A stretch of 64,000 nt of DNA from Candidatus Poribacteria bacterium (GTDB lineage: Bacteria; Poribacteria; WGA-4E; WGA-3G), in NCBI GenBank assembly GCA_963663765.2, contig CAXXUA010000007.1, positions 32,001 through 96,000 on the forward strand, read 5' to 3'. The notes under the pieces were generated by a model that ran no database searches, was not told the DNA's origin, and saw only the letters and a program-made list of their open reading frames with translations. This document shows, piece after piece, positions 51,134 through 61,090 of the stretch. The stretch's first letter is position 1, and each line of letters opens with the position of its first letter. Both the position numbers and the translations under genes were made by a program.

Positions 51134-52882
51134 TTGAGTATTGTTGTTCACGTTACACACGAAGCAATCCAAAAAATGGGTGGAATCGGTGCAGTATTGG
51201 AAGGGTTGCTAACAACACGTAGCTACAACGAAGGGATTGAGCGTACGTTTCTTGTCGGACCGCTTTTTTCTGGTGCCGATTTAGGAGCATTGGATTCAGT
51301 GTTGTATCATGCAGTCGAAGGTATTAGGACAACACCACACGCTGACGCACTGAGTGATATTGAAAAGACTTTTCATGTTGAAATTGTCTATGGACTAAGG
51401 CGTTTTGAAGGTAAAGATCACGAGGTCGTTACACTGACAGATGTATTGTTGATTGATGTATCTAATGGTAATGTAGACTTAGTGGGTCAGTTCAAGTGGC
51501 AACTCTACGAACATTTTGGCATTGAATCAAGCCGTTACGAGAATCAATGGGAGTTTGAGGAATATGTCCGTCTTGCTGAACCTGCTTATGATGCGTTACG
51601 GGTACTCATGGGTGAAGAAACCAGTACGCCAGTGTATGTTATATCACATGAGTTTATGGGGATGCCGCTTGCACTCAAAACGCAGATTGAACGGAAAAAC
51701 GGTAATGGTGCATCAAATATGCGGACTGTCTTTTATGCTCATGAAGTTGCGACAATACGACCTATCGTTGAAGGACATCCCGGTCATGATGTTCGTTTTT
51801 ACAATGCTTTAGAACAGGCTAAGAATGAAGGTAAGTTAATCCGTGACGTGTTTGGGGATCCGTTCTGGTATTACAAGCACGCATTGATTGACAAAGCGCA
51901 TCTCTGTGATACGATCTTTGCTGTTGGTGATCTTGTTGTAGATGAACTCCGCTTTCTGTCACAACCGTTTGAATCGTATCCTATCAATCTTGTTTACAAT
52001 GGAATACCTGCTTTTGAGACGAGTATGGAGGATAAGTTAGAGTCAAAATCTCGTCTTCAAAAGTATACCAGAACGCTTCTTGACTATCGTCCTGATTATG
52101 TATTTACACATGTCACACGTCTTGTCAAAAGCAAAGGATTGTGGCGTGATCTACAAGTGTTAACACATTTGGATTCACTGCTTGCATCTAATGACAAGAC
52201 TGCGGTGTTGTTTATTCTATCAACAGAGATTGCAACGGGTCGTCCACACGAGGATATTCGTGAAATGGAACGTGAATATGGTTGGCCTGTCCACCATAAA
52301 ATCGGTTATCCTGATTTGGTAGGTGCGGAGATAGAATTGAACAATGGTATCTCCGCGTTTAATTTACAGTCTAAAGCAATTAAGGTCGTTTTTGTCAATC
52401 AATTTGGTTGGGATCAAGCGTCTTGTGGCACACGAATGCCAATGGATATGGAGTTTATGGACATTCGTAAAGGGAGTGATGCAGAATTTGGACAGTCAAT
52501 CTATGAACCTTTTGGTATTGCGCAAGTAGAACCACTTAGTTTTGGTGCGATCTGTGTTGTCAGCAATGTATGCGGATGTTGCGGTTTCATCCAACGTGCT
52601 ACTGATAACAACGAGGTGCCGAATGTTGTTATTGCTGACTATACGCACCTGAATTCGCCTCCGAAGTCTTTAGAAAATGTCTTGGACATCGGTTTAGCGG
52701 AACGGACACAGATTGAAGTTGAGAATAGCCGTGACATTGCAGCGAAACTTCTTGGTCGTCTACCAAGAAAACAACGTGACGTTGAGGATATGATTAGAGA
52801 AGGTTATGAGATTGCCTCTCGAATGAGTTGGGAAGTTGTCGTTAGGGATTATTTCTTGCCTGGGTTGAAACAGGCGTTATGA
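51134..52882 (+). CDS. GT-B glycosyltransferase, GT3 glycogen synthase-like
   Basis: HEAIQKMGGI (KxGGI), HEFMG, FYAHE, SIYEPFG; near glgB. Confidence 0.7.
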   Translation: MSIVVHVTHEAIQKMGGIGAVLEGLLTTRSYNEGIERTFLVGPLFSGADLGALDSVLYHAVEGIRTTPHADALSDIEKTFHVEIVYGLRRFEGKDHEVVTLTDVLLIDVSNGNVDLVGQFKWQLYEHFGIESSRYENQWEFEEYVRLAEPAYDALRVLMGEETSTPVYVISHEFMGMPLALKTQIERKNGNGASNMRTVFYAHEVATIRPIVEGHPGHDVRFYNALEQAKNEGKLIRDVFGDPFWYYKHALIDKAHLCDTIFAVGDLVVDELRFLSQPFESYPINLVYNGIPAFETSMEDKLESKSRLQKYTRTLLDYRPDYVFTHVTRLVKSKGLWRDLQVLTHLDSLLASNDKTAVLFILSTEIATGRPHEDIREMEREYGWPVHHKIGYPDLVGAEIELNNGISAFNLQSKAIKVVFVNQFGWDQASCGTRMPMDMEFMDIRKGSDAEFGQSIYEPFGIAQVEPLSFGAICVVSNVCGCCGFIQRATDNNEVPNVVIADYTHLNSPPKSLENVLDIGLAERTQIEVENSRDIAAKLLGRLPRKQRDVEDMIREGYEIASRMSWEVVVRDYFLPGLKQAL

Positions 52883-52920
52883 TGACTTAGTAAATTTTAG
52901 CACAAAAGGATATTATCATT

Positions 52921-53781
52921 ATGCAAAATGTTCGTAATTCTCATGAGCCTATGCCGTTGGCTCCTGCTGAGAAGTTGATGGCTCCGGAACAGAAGTTCTT
53001 CTTTGATCTTCGTGGTTGGATTTTATTACCATCGGTCTTATCGGAATCGGAAATAGAAGTGATGAAAACGGAAGTGTATGCTGGTGCCAAACATTGTTAT
53101 CAAGGTGCACTTCAGAATTTACTTGATCATCCTGCAATTGTTGGAATTCTAAATGAAATTGTTGCGGATGAACGTTTTATATTTGATGATTGCTACGGTT
53201 TTCGGTGTGAGAATTCGTTTACTACGGTCAGGCAGCCTGGGTGGAAAACTCCATCTGAAAGAGGTACTGCAGTACCACATGTCGTGCGTCCGCCTCAACA
53301 AGCGAATGCAGTGCGGTATCAGGTGTCAGGTGGTAAGATATTTGCTGGACTCACCCGTGTGGTTTGGGAACTGGAGGAGGTGAAAGCAGGACAAGGAGGT
53401 ACTACTTTTCTCACAGGTTCGCACAAGGCTCACTTCAACTATGGTGGGCCGGATCCAAATCGTCCGAATATTAGTGAATCACCTTGGGAAGAAAAAATAA
53501 AGGATCTGATGGATGACTATAGTTGTCCGGCAGGGTCTGCGCTTATATTCACTGAAAGTCTGATACATGCGACCAACAACTGGACGAATCCTGACAATCC
53601 GCGTTGTGCTGTGTTTAATTGTTACAACTCAATCTGGGCTCAATGGTATCGGTTGAATCTAAGTCATGAAATAATAGAAAAGATGCCTACAAAACGTCAA
53701 TCCTTATTCCGTGGGACGTGGGCGATAGGCGGTGGTCCTGGTGGAAACCGTCAGTATTCGTTGGATAATACGACCAAATAA
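52921..53781 (+). CDS. PhyH-family Fe(II)/2OG dioxygenase, paralogue 1
   Basis: QKFFFDLRGW, GGTTFLTGSHK, AGSALIFTESLIHA, R.AVF. Confidence 0.85.
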   Translation: MQNVRNSHEPMPLAPAEKLMAPEQKFFFDLRGWILLPSVLSESEIEVMKTEVYAGAKHCYQGALQNLLDHPAIVGILNEIVADERFIFDDCYGFRCENSFTTVRQPGWKTPSERGTAVPHVVRPPQQANAVRYQVSGGKIFAGLTRVVWELEEVKAGQGGTTFLTGSHKAHFNYGGPDPNRPNISESPWEEKIKDLMDDYSCPAGSALIFTESLIHATNNWTNPDNPRCAVFNCYNSIWAQWYRLNLSHEIIEKMPTKRQSLFRGTWAIGGGPGGNRQYSLDNTTK

Positions 53782-53806
53782 TTCCAAGACTATTAAGGAG
53801 ATATAA

Positions 53807-54646
53807 ATGTCAAAAGAAACGTTAAATGATGTACCTGTGCCAATGACTGAAGAACAGAAGTTTTTCTTTGATTTGCGCGGTTGGATTTTATTACCATCAT
53901 TATTGTCTGACTCGGAAATAGAAGATATGAAAGCAGAAGTGTATGCAGGGGCAAGGCAATGTTATCAAGGTGCACTTCAATCGCTACTTGACCATCCTGG
54001 GATTGTCGGTATTCTGAATGAGATTCTGTCCGAAAACCCTTTCGTCCATGATGATTGCTACGGATTTAGATGTGAAGGATCATTCACGACTGTCCGAGAA
54101 TCTGGTTGGAGCAAGTCTTCACGAGGTGACAACGGTTTACCACACGTCGTGCGACCTCCACAACAAGCAAATGCAATGCGGTATCAGGTCGCAGGTGGAA
54201 AGATATTTGCCGGATTAACACGTGTTGTGTGGGAACTTGAGGAGGTAAAAGCAGGACAAGGTGGCACCTCTTTTCTAAGCGGTTCTCATAAAGCACATTT
54301 CAACTATGGAGGCCCCGATCCCTATCGTCCGAATATCGGTGAATCTCCTTGGGAGGATAGCATGCGGGAGATGATGGAGGACTATAGCTGCCCACCCGGT
54401 TCAGTGGTTATTTTCACCGAAAGCCTTGTGCATGCTGCGAATGATTGGACGAATCCTTCTAATCCTCGGTGTGCGGTGTTCAATTGCTATAACTCTATTT
54501 GGGCACAGTGGCATCGGTTGAATTTGGGTCATGAGATTATTGAAACAATGCCGACGAGAAGACAATCGTTGTTCCGCGGGACGTGGGCGATTGGTGGTGG
54601 TCCTGGTGGTAATCGTGCGTATTCACTGGATAATAGCACGATGTAA
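53807..54646 (+). CDS. PhyH-family Fe(II)/2OG dioxygenase, paralogue 2
   Basis: Same motifs; closely similar tandem duplicate. Confidence 0.85.
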   Translation: MSKETLNDVPVPMTEEQKFFFDLRGWILLPSLLSDSEIEDMKAEVYAGARQCYQGALQSLLDHPGIVGILNEILSENPFVHDDCYGFRCEGSFTTVRESGWSKSSRGDNGLPHVVRPPQQANAMRYQVAGGKIFAGLTRVVWELEEVKAGQGGTSFLSGSHKAHFNYGGPDPYRPNIGESPWEDSMREMMEDYSCPPGSVVIFTESLVHAANDWTNPSNPRCAVFNCYNSIWAQWHRLNLGHEIIETMPTRRQSLFRGTWAIGGGPGGNRAYSLDNSTM

Positions 54647-54702
54647 AAGAGTTTTGCGTGCTGCTATATCTTATAGTAAAATCCATAATTTTTTGGACAC
54701 GA

Positions 54703-55139
54703 CGGTAGGTTCGGTTTCCTAACCGAACCTAGACGTCAATTTAAGTTAGAAGTTCTCTATTCTTGTGTAAGTGAAACCTTGGATGTTCTAATTCCTTCAG
54801 ATGGCACCTTTATCGTAGGTCTTTCTTTTACCCATAAGTTTTTGGGTATTGTCCGTTAAGTCTTTTGTGGGTGCCTATTGCTCAAAAACACCTGAAAACT
54901 GACCAATATTTTAGATGGTAGAATACCGTTATAGGCTTTTTAGACAAGTTTCACAAGATTTTTTAGTTCTTATGACCAGTTTTCTGTAATCTATCGGGGT
55001 TAGAAACCCCTCCTACAGCAGCATGTCGTGCCTTTGTACCTCCAATTTGACTTATGGGTAAAAGTAAGATCGTAGGGGCGGGGTTTCCCCGCCCGATTGG
55101 TAGTTTGTTTACACGGGCGAGGAGACCTCGCCCCTACGA
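54703..55139. repeat. Cluster of GTAG-type REPs between convergent genes
   Basis: GTAGGTTCGGTTTCCTAACCGAACC, GGGGTTAGAAACCCCTCCTAC, and the doublet GTAGGGGCGGGGTTTCCCCGCCC...GGGCGAGGAGACCTCGCCCCTAC. Confidence 0.8.
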
Positions 55140-55188
55140 TGTGTGCGAGGATTAGCGGACTTAAATAGACGTCTATGGTGCGGTGTTG

Positions 55189-57249
55189 TTAATTCTGGTC
55201 TGCGGCTAATACCAATGCACTTCGGGCAGGGACGTAGAGTTGGATAGATTGAGTATGTCCCTCTATTGCTACGTCTTGCCAAGGATAATGGACTCCTTCA
55301 ACTGCACCGAAACCACCAAAATTGGTGTCATCTGTATTGAGAATGAGAAGGTAATCCCTTTGTTCAGGAACGGGTATACGCCAATCTTTGACAGAATTTG
55401 TCGGATGGAAGTTGAAGGCGAACACAAGATTACCGCGCGTATAGATTATCTGCTTTGCGTCCTCATGAATGAACAGCAAATGTATGTCATCATCAGAGAG
55501 TAAATGGCACTCTGTATCAAGTAGTTGCATGGCGATATCAAAAGCGTTTAAGTGTTTGTAATAGAGTGTATCATCATCAACGAGAAGCCACTGTCTGCGT
55601 GCATACCAGTAGGAGTTGTTGTTACCAGCACGAGGGAAGTCTATCCATTCCGGATGACCGAATTCATTACCCATAAAGTTGAGATACCCCTCTCCACCTA
55701 AGCTAAATGTGAGAAGTCGAATCAGTTTATGCAGTGCTACGCCACGTGCAATGCGAAGACTCGGTGTGATCACACTCATATTCGTATAGAGTTCGGCATC
55801 CATCAACTGCATTGCAAGCGTTTTGTCTCCGACAATACTTTGGTCGTGACTCTCAACATAAGCGATGTGTTTTTCGTCCCTACGGCGATTGCGTAACATA
55901 CCGTATATTTCACCGATGTGCCACTCTTCGTCCATTTTCTCCTTCAACAACCGGATCCAATAATCTGGTATCCCCATGGCTAATCGATAATCAAAACCGA
56001 GTCCGCCTTCATTGATGGGGCGCGCGAGACCGGGCATGCCACTCATATCTTCAGCAACGGAAATTGCGTTTGGGTTAACAGCATGGACGACATCGTTTGC
56101 TAACATCAGATATGTAAACGCATCTAACTCGACATTGTCATCAAAATATGCATCGTAGTGGGAGAACTTTTTGCCAAGTCCGTGATCCTTATAGAGCATG
56201 CTTGTAACACCATCAAATCTAAAGCCGTCAAACCTATAGGTTTCTAACCAATAACGGATATTACTGAGTAGGAACCGCTGTACTTCGTATTTACTATAAT
56301 CAAAACAGAGTGAATCCCAAGCTACATGTTCTCCTTTTGCACCTGCGTGAAAGTATTGATGATCTGTGCCGTCAAAGCGGTTCAATCCTTCGTTGATGTT
56401 TTTCACAGCATGACTATGCACCAGATCCATAATGACTAGCAACCCCATACCGTGTGCAGTATCAATGAGTTCTTTCAGTTCTTCAGGTGTTCCAAAACGG
56501 CTTGATACAGCGAAGAAATTACTTACGTGATACCCGAAACTTGCATAATATGGATGCTCCATAATTGCCATCAGTTGTATGGTGTTGTATCCTAAATTGG
56601 CGATTCTGGGTAGTACGTTTTGTGTGAATTCAACGAATGTACCGACCTTTTCATCCTCCTGTGCCATACCGATGTGTGTTTCGTATATGCGTATTCCTTC
56701 TTTGTTGAAGTCTAAGTTTGGAACTTGATTTTTCCATTGATAGGGATTGGTAGGATGCCAATATTGTCCTGTGAAATCGGTATCATTTTCTTGAATGACG
56801 CGCTGGATATATGCCGGGATTCTATCATGCTGACCTTGATCAGATCTGACATGTACCTTCACGCGACTTTCGTGCGTGAAGCGATTCGCATAGTGTGTAT
56901 CGGGTAGAAACAGATGCCAAATACCCCATTTATCCACGGACATGGGGTGCGTATCACGGTTCCACTCGTTGAAGTCTCCAATAAGTGATAGGTATTTTGC
57001 ACCTGGTGCCCACTCGCGATACCACACACCGCTTTCGTCATCATTTTCCCCACGGTTGAATCCGAAATAATGATGACCTTGGCTGATTTCACCTAAGATG
57101 CCGTCAGTTTTCTCAATTTTTGCTTTGAAACTTTGGTAGTGCTTATGCCTTTCACGCAATGGTGTTATATAGGGTTTTAGAAGTGGATCAAGTTCAATAA
57201 GGTGTGTACCGTCAGATCGCAGTTTTGTCATAGTGGTGATAAGTGACAT
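55189..57249 (-). CDS. glgB: 1,4-alpha-glucan branching enzyme (eukaryote/Bacteroidetes-type, GH13_8-like)
   Basis: YREWAPGA, EHPYYASFGYHV, FDGFRFDGVTSM, AEDMSGMP, ESHDQSIVGDKT, NFMGNEFGHPEWIDFPR. Confidence 0.93.
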   Translation of the reverse strand: MSLITTMTKLRSDGTHLIELDPLLKPYITPLRERHKHYQSFKAKIEKTDGILGEISQGHHYFGFNRGENDDESGVWYREWAPGAKYLSLIGDFNEWNRDTHPMSVDKWGIWHLFLPDTHYANRFTHESRVKVHVRSDQGQHDRIPAYIQRVIQENDTDFTGQYWHPTNPYQWKNQVPNLDFNKEGIRIYETHIGMAQEDEKVGTFVEFTQNVLPRIANLGYNTIQLMAIMEHPYYASFGYHVSNFFAVSSRFGTPEELKELIDTAHGMGLLVIMDLVHSHAVKNINEGLNRFDGTDHQYFHAGAKGEHVAWDSLCFDYSKYEVQRFLLSNIRYWLETYRFDGFRFDGVTSMLYKDHGLGKKFSHYDAYFDDNVELDAFTYLMLANDVVHAVNPNAISVAEDMSGMPGLARPINEGGLGFDYRLAMGIPDYWIRLLKEKMDEEWHIGEIYGMLRNRRRDEKHIAYVESHDQSIVGDKTLAMQLMDAELYTNMSVITPSLRIARGVALHKLIRLLTFSLGGEGYLNFMGNEFGHPEWIDFPRAGNNNSYWYARRQWLLVDDDTLYYKHLNAFDIAMQLLDTECHLLSDDDIHLLFIHEDAKQIIYTRGNLVFAFNFHPTNSVKDWRIPVPEQRDYLLILNTDDTNFGGFGAVEGVHYPWQDVAIEGHTQSIQLYVPARSALVLAADQN

Positions 57250-57281
57250 TGTGTTCTGACTATATTTTGAAAGGTGTTCTT

Positions 57282-58124
57282 CTATTCTAACGAAATCAAC
57301 TTGTCGATTTCTGCATCTAATTCTGTTTTACTGAGTTTTGAAAGTCTTTGGAATTCCGTGTCTGTGAGATGGTCAAACAATTGATCAATTTCGGTATACA
57401 ATTCATTTGTATCTTCTGTCATGCTAATATCTTCATTTGAATCAAGGTCTATTGTATACTTATTACCATATACATCGGTTATATTAATTATACCACGTTT
57501 GTGTTCCTCTGGAATCTTAACAGAACCATCTTCCTGAAAGATAGGTTGCGATGCACCGCTATCTGTATACGATTCTACACCAAATACATTAATTGGAAAC
57601 TTTGTGGATGTACCATCTTCATTCTCTTTAAGTTTTACGATTGCAGATTCGACGCTGTTCATTACCAATCTTTTGTTGAGTGTATCAAGGTGTTGAAACA
57701 GTTTTGAACGACTATCCGCTGGAAAATCAGCTAATTTTGTTTTTGCAGTTAAGGCGCGGATGCCGCAATTTCTTTGGAGGGGTTTGACTTCTGTGTCCGT
57801 TGAGAAGGTCCCTTCGGGAATGAAGAACAGTTCAGGATTATTTTGGTACAACGACATGGAATGTGCTTCCAATTTTAGGCTTTCTCGTTTAGGGAGTACA
57901 AGTTTTTTTGCTAATTTAGGGTCGACTTTTTCTATTGATACTGCAAATTCTGAATAACTTTTTAGCTCCTCTGGTGTCAATCTACCAGAATAATCATAAA
58001 CGGGTGCAACTATTTCACGAGCCTGTGCGTAGATTTCTTCTCGTTGTTTGTTCCAGATAAAAAGACCAACACATATTACAATCACACTCAAAACAACAAC
58101 AATAAGAATGCCTTTTTTATTCAT
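57282..58124 (-). CDS. Hypothetical protein with an N-terminal membrane anchor
   Basis: 280-aa ORF, single N-terminal TM; no family recognised. Confidence 0.65.
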   Translation of the reverse strand: MNKKGILIVVVLSVIVICVGLFIWNKQREEIYAQAREIVAPVYDYSGRLTPEELKSYSEFAVSIEKVDPKLAKKLVLPKRESLKLEAHSMSLYQNNPELFFIPEGTFSTDTEVKPLQRNCGIRALTAKTKLADFPADSRSKLFQHLDTLNKRLVMNSVESAIVKLKENEDGTSTKFPINVFGVESYTDSGASQPIFQEDGSVKIPEEHKRGIINITDVYGNKYTIDLDSNEDISMTEDTNELYTEIDQLFDHLTDTEFQRLSKLSKTELDAEIDKLISLE

Positions 58125-58298
58125 ATAAAAGATCTTTCTTCAGGATATTGTATTTAGTAAATTCATTTTACAATTAGTACTATACCTTTGTCAATATAGT
58201 TTTAGGGTTATTCAGTTCTAATAATCTATCGTTATGCTAGTTAACTTTGGGTTAAAATTAGTGATATATATAGGAATGTTTGTGGTATTCTTGTTTGT

Positions 58299-58445
58299 TG
58301 TCTGAACTAGGACTTTCAGGATTAGTAGATTTACAAGATTTACCTCATCAAGGGTTATTTATATGCGTTTATACTCTATTTTGGAATTGGATTGGATGAG
58401 AAAAATCCTGATAATCTACTAATCCTGAAAATCCTTGTTCAGACA
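58299..58445. repeat. Long imperfect inverted repeat (TGTCTGAAC...GTTCAGACA)
   Basis: TTTCAGGATTAGTAGATT pairs with AATCTACTAATCCTGAAA; a related motif lies near 50552-50720. Confidence 0.6.
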
Positions 58446-58575
58446 AAGAATGAGTTAACTCCCCAAAAATTAGCATACTCAAGGACTGGTGACTGTGATA
58501 GAATTTACTCAATAAAAGGTATGTACTGCGTTGATGCTGTATTGAAATATAACTTGGTTATTTTATGGAAATCAG

Positions 58576-58618
58576 TCAAGATCATGTCTGTTATATCAAA
58601 TTAACAGACATGATCTTG
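58576..58618. terminator. Hairpin downstream of the sigma-54 activator
   Basis: CAAGATCATGTCTGTTA-loop-TAACAGACATGATCTTG. Confidence 0.6.
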
Positions 58619-58682
58619 TTTTGTTGAAGACAAATGCGGTTAGGAAACCGCACCTACCGTTATAAATCGCGTTAATTTGGTA

Positions 58683-59786
58683 TTAGTTGGAATTTCGTTT
58701 CCATTGTGCATATCGTTGTAGTGTTCGGATATCAATTTCTAACGATTTTGCAGCTTCACGTAATGATGTATGATTATCTATACGCAAAGTTGCAACTTCA
58801 GAAAGAATTTGGTTCTGATTCATATTTTGAATATCTATAGATTCACTATGCACATCCGATTGATTATCTATCGAATTCCTATCGCTATACCAGGGTTGTG
58901 GTAATTGTGTTGAGAATTCATGCGTGATGATATGTTGCATTTCTGGATGAAGTGCATCCCATATTGCATGTTGTGTTTCGTTAGAGAGTTCACCCCATAG
59001 CGTTATTAGTGTTTGTAGGTAATCTGGATAGATATTTGGAAAATCCTTGAGTTCAAGTTTTTCTGCTGTTGTTAGTGCGATAGCTGTTTGTATTGTACTT
59101 CTCAGCTGCCGTATGTTACCTTTCCATGCCGCTTGTTTCAGACGTTTTAGTGCCTCTATAGTGATTCCAGACACATCTTTATCATATTCAGCACTAAATT
59201 CATTGATAAAAGCATCTATTAATGGAGAAATATCTTCTGTTCGTTCGCGGAGTGGTGGTAGATGAATCCTCATACCTTTCAGACGGTAGTATAGGTCTTC
59301 TCTAAAGTGTTTTTCAGCGACGTCCTTTTCAATGTCTCTGTTCGTTGCGGTGAGTATATGAACATCTACAGTTAATATTTGATTTCCCCCAAGTCTGGTG
59401 AATTTTGATGTGTCTAAGACGCGTAGTAGCATTTTCTGTGCATCCATTGACATTTCAGGCACTTCATCTAAAAAGAGAATACCTCCATTTGCGAGTTCAA
59501 ATGCCCCTTGTCTTTGTCGTATTGCACTTGTAAATGCGCCAGCTTCATGACCGAATAATTCACTTTGTAGGAGTTCTGTTGAATATCTTCCGCAATTGAT
59601 TGCTACAAAAGGTTTTTCCTTCCGCTGACTATTTTCATAAATATACTTTGCAATTCCTTCTTTACCTACTCCTGTATCACCTGTAATTAAGAATGGAATA
59701 TTTGAATTTACAACCTGTTTTATTTTCGTATATATCATTTGCATCTGTTTAGATGGCAATTCGATGTAAGTTGGTTGCATGTTCAT
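58683..59786 (-). CDS. Sigma-54-dependent activator (bEBP) lacking an N-terminal sensor domain
   Basis: GDTGVGKE, SELFGHEAGAFTSA, LFLDEV, FREDLYYRL, WKGNIRQL, C-terminal HTH (AAKSLEIDIRTL). Confidence 0.9.
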   Translation of the reverse strand: MNMQPTYIELPSKQMQMIYTKIKQVVNSNIPFLITGDTGVGKEGIAKYIYENSQRKEKPFVAINCGRYSTELLQSELFGHEAGAFTSAIRQRQGAFELANGGILFLDEVPEMSMDAQKMLLRVLDTSKFTRLGGNQILTVDVHILTATNRDIEKDVAEKHFREDLYYRLKGMRIHLPPLRERTEDISPLIDAFINEFSAEYDKDVSGITIEALKRLKQAAWKGNIRQLRSTIQTAIALTTAEKLELKDFPNIYPDYLQTLITLWGELSNETQHAIWDALHPEMQHIITHEFSTQLPQPWYSDRNSIDNQSDVHSESIDIQNMNQNQILSEVATLRIDNHTSLREAAKSLEIDIRTLQRYAQWKRNSN

Positions 59787-60318
59787 GATGAATGTGCTCC
59801 TGTCGTTATTTTTTCGACGAAGTATTTTTTAGGTTTAAGCTATTACATTCCTAAAAGTCAGGTTTCGGTGTGATGCGTCATTACCATGACCGAATCCTTC
59901 CTTTCTTTGCGGATATATAATGCAGCACATTTTATTTTTTACAATAAACGATATATATAGGTTTTGGGTTGACTAAAAAATCAATCATTAGTAAACTATT
60001 TTTACAGTTAGGTTTACAGTCAAGAATTCTCATCATGCATATTTTGTATTGAATAGCATTAATTGTCGTTTCTGTGTATAATATCCTACATTTACCGACA
60101 TTATTAGTGTCTTACGGATGCAATAAATGTGAAATGATATATTCTCAGTTAAGAAATTCGCTTAACATAATTTATTCAGCAAAAAATATAATTAGTTAAT
60201 CGTTAACATTTTCCACTGATTAAACCCATTGTACACGCAAATTCTTGATATATCACAGATTTGTGTAGCATGTAAATTAGAATTGTTGTAACATATTATT
60301 GCGGTTTTATTTAAAGAA

Positions 60319-60334
60319 TGGCATAAAACTTGCT
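60319..60334 (+). promoter_or_regulatory. Sigma-54 (-24/-12) promoter
   Basis: TGGCATAAAACTTGCT: GG-N10-GC with TGGCA/TTGCT consensus, divergent from the bEBP gene. Confidence 0.7.
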
Positions 60335-61090
60335 AATAATGTTCCTGTCAATAACTAAAATATAAAACTCAAAAGTATAAAATCTTGGATGTTGATTTTT
60401 ACTACATCTACAATAAAAAATACTCATTTTGAGTTAACATAATAACATAAAATAGGTATGTGCGTAATTGCTTAGTAATGCATCCCAGTGAGTAGATTGC
60501 TCCAAGCGATGTTTTATTAGCAGAAGTTGGTTTATAGTCGCGCAATTCAAAACCAAAACAAATTTTAAATATGTTTCAAGACTTACGTAGTTTTCTTGAT
60601 TTAATCAAGAATTATGATGAAAATGATGTAATTATCAGCAATCTTATAGGTTTCCAGCGCGCTTACAAAGCGGCAAATCAAGAAATCAACGGCAAGAATG
60701 CCATTTAGGCATTCACCGCCTAACGTTTTTGCGTAAGTCCTGATGTTTATAGTGTTAGTATCACTGATGTTTGTGTTTAACACAATAAGGTGTCTAATGC
60801 TTACATGTATATTAAAATAGATATAACTTATGCGCACTTCTATGAAAATAAAATAGGAAAAAGATAAGATGAATAAATAGATATTAGGCACTATGTATGT
60901 GCCATTTGGTTGTAAGTGCGCTTGTCCCTCTCCCCTTAAGGGCGTGCTTACAACAGATCGCGATTTGGGTAGGCGCGCTAACCAAATCGCGATTAAAAGG
61001 TAGTGGTCTTCGGATCACTACCTTAGTTTTTTATAATAGCTTGAGTTTCTACCTACAAGCTTTTAAGCAGATAGTTACTGGTCATTACTA

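Noticed and set aside
60571-60708. UbiD-like gene from MFQDLRSFLDL
   Set aside because: The resemblance covers only about 12 residues and the rest reads through repeats.
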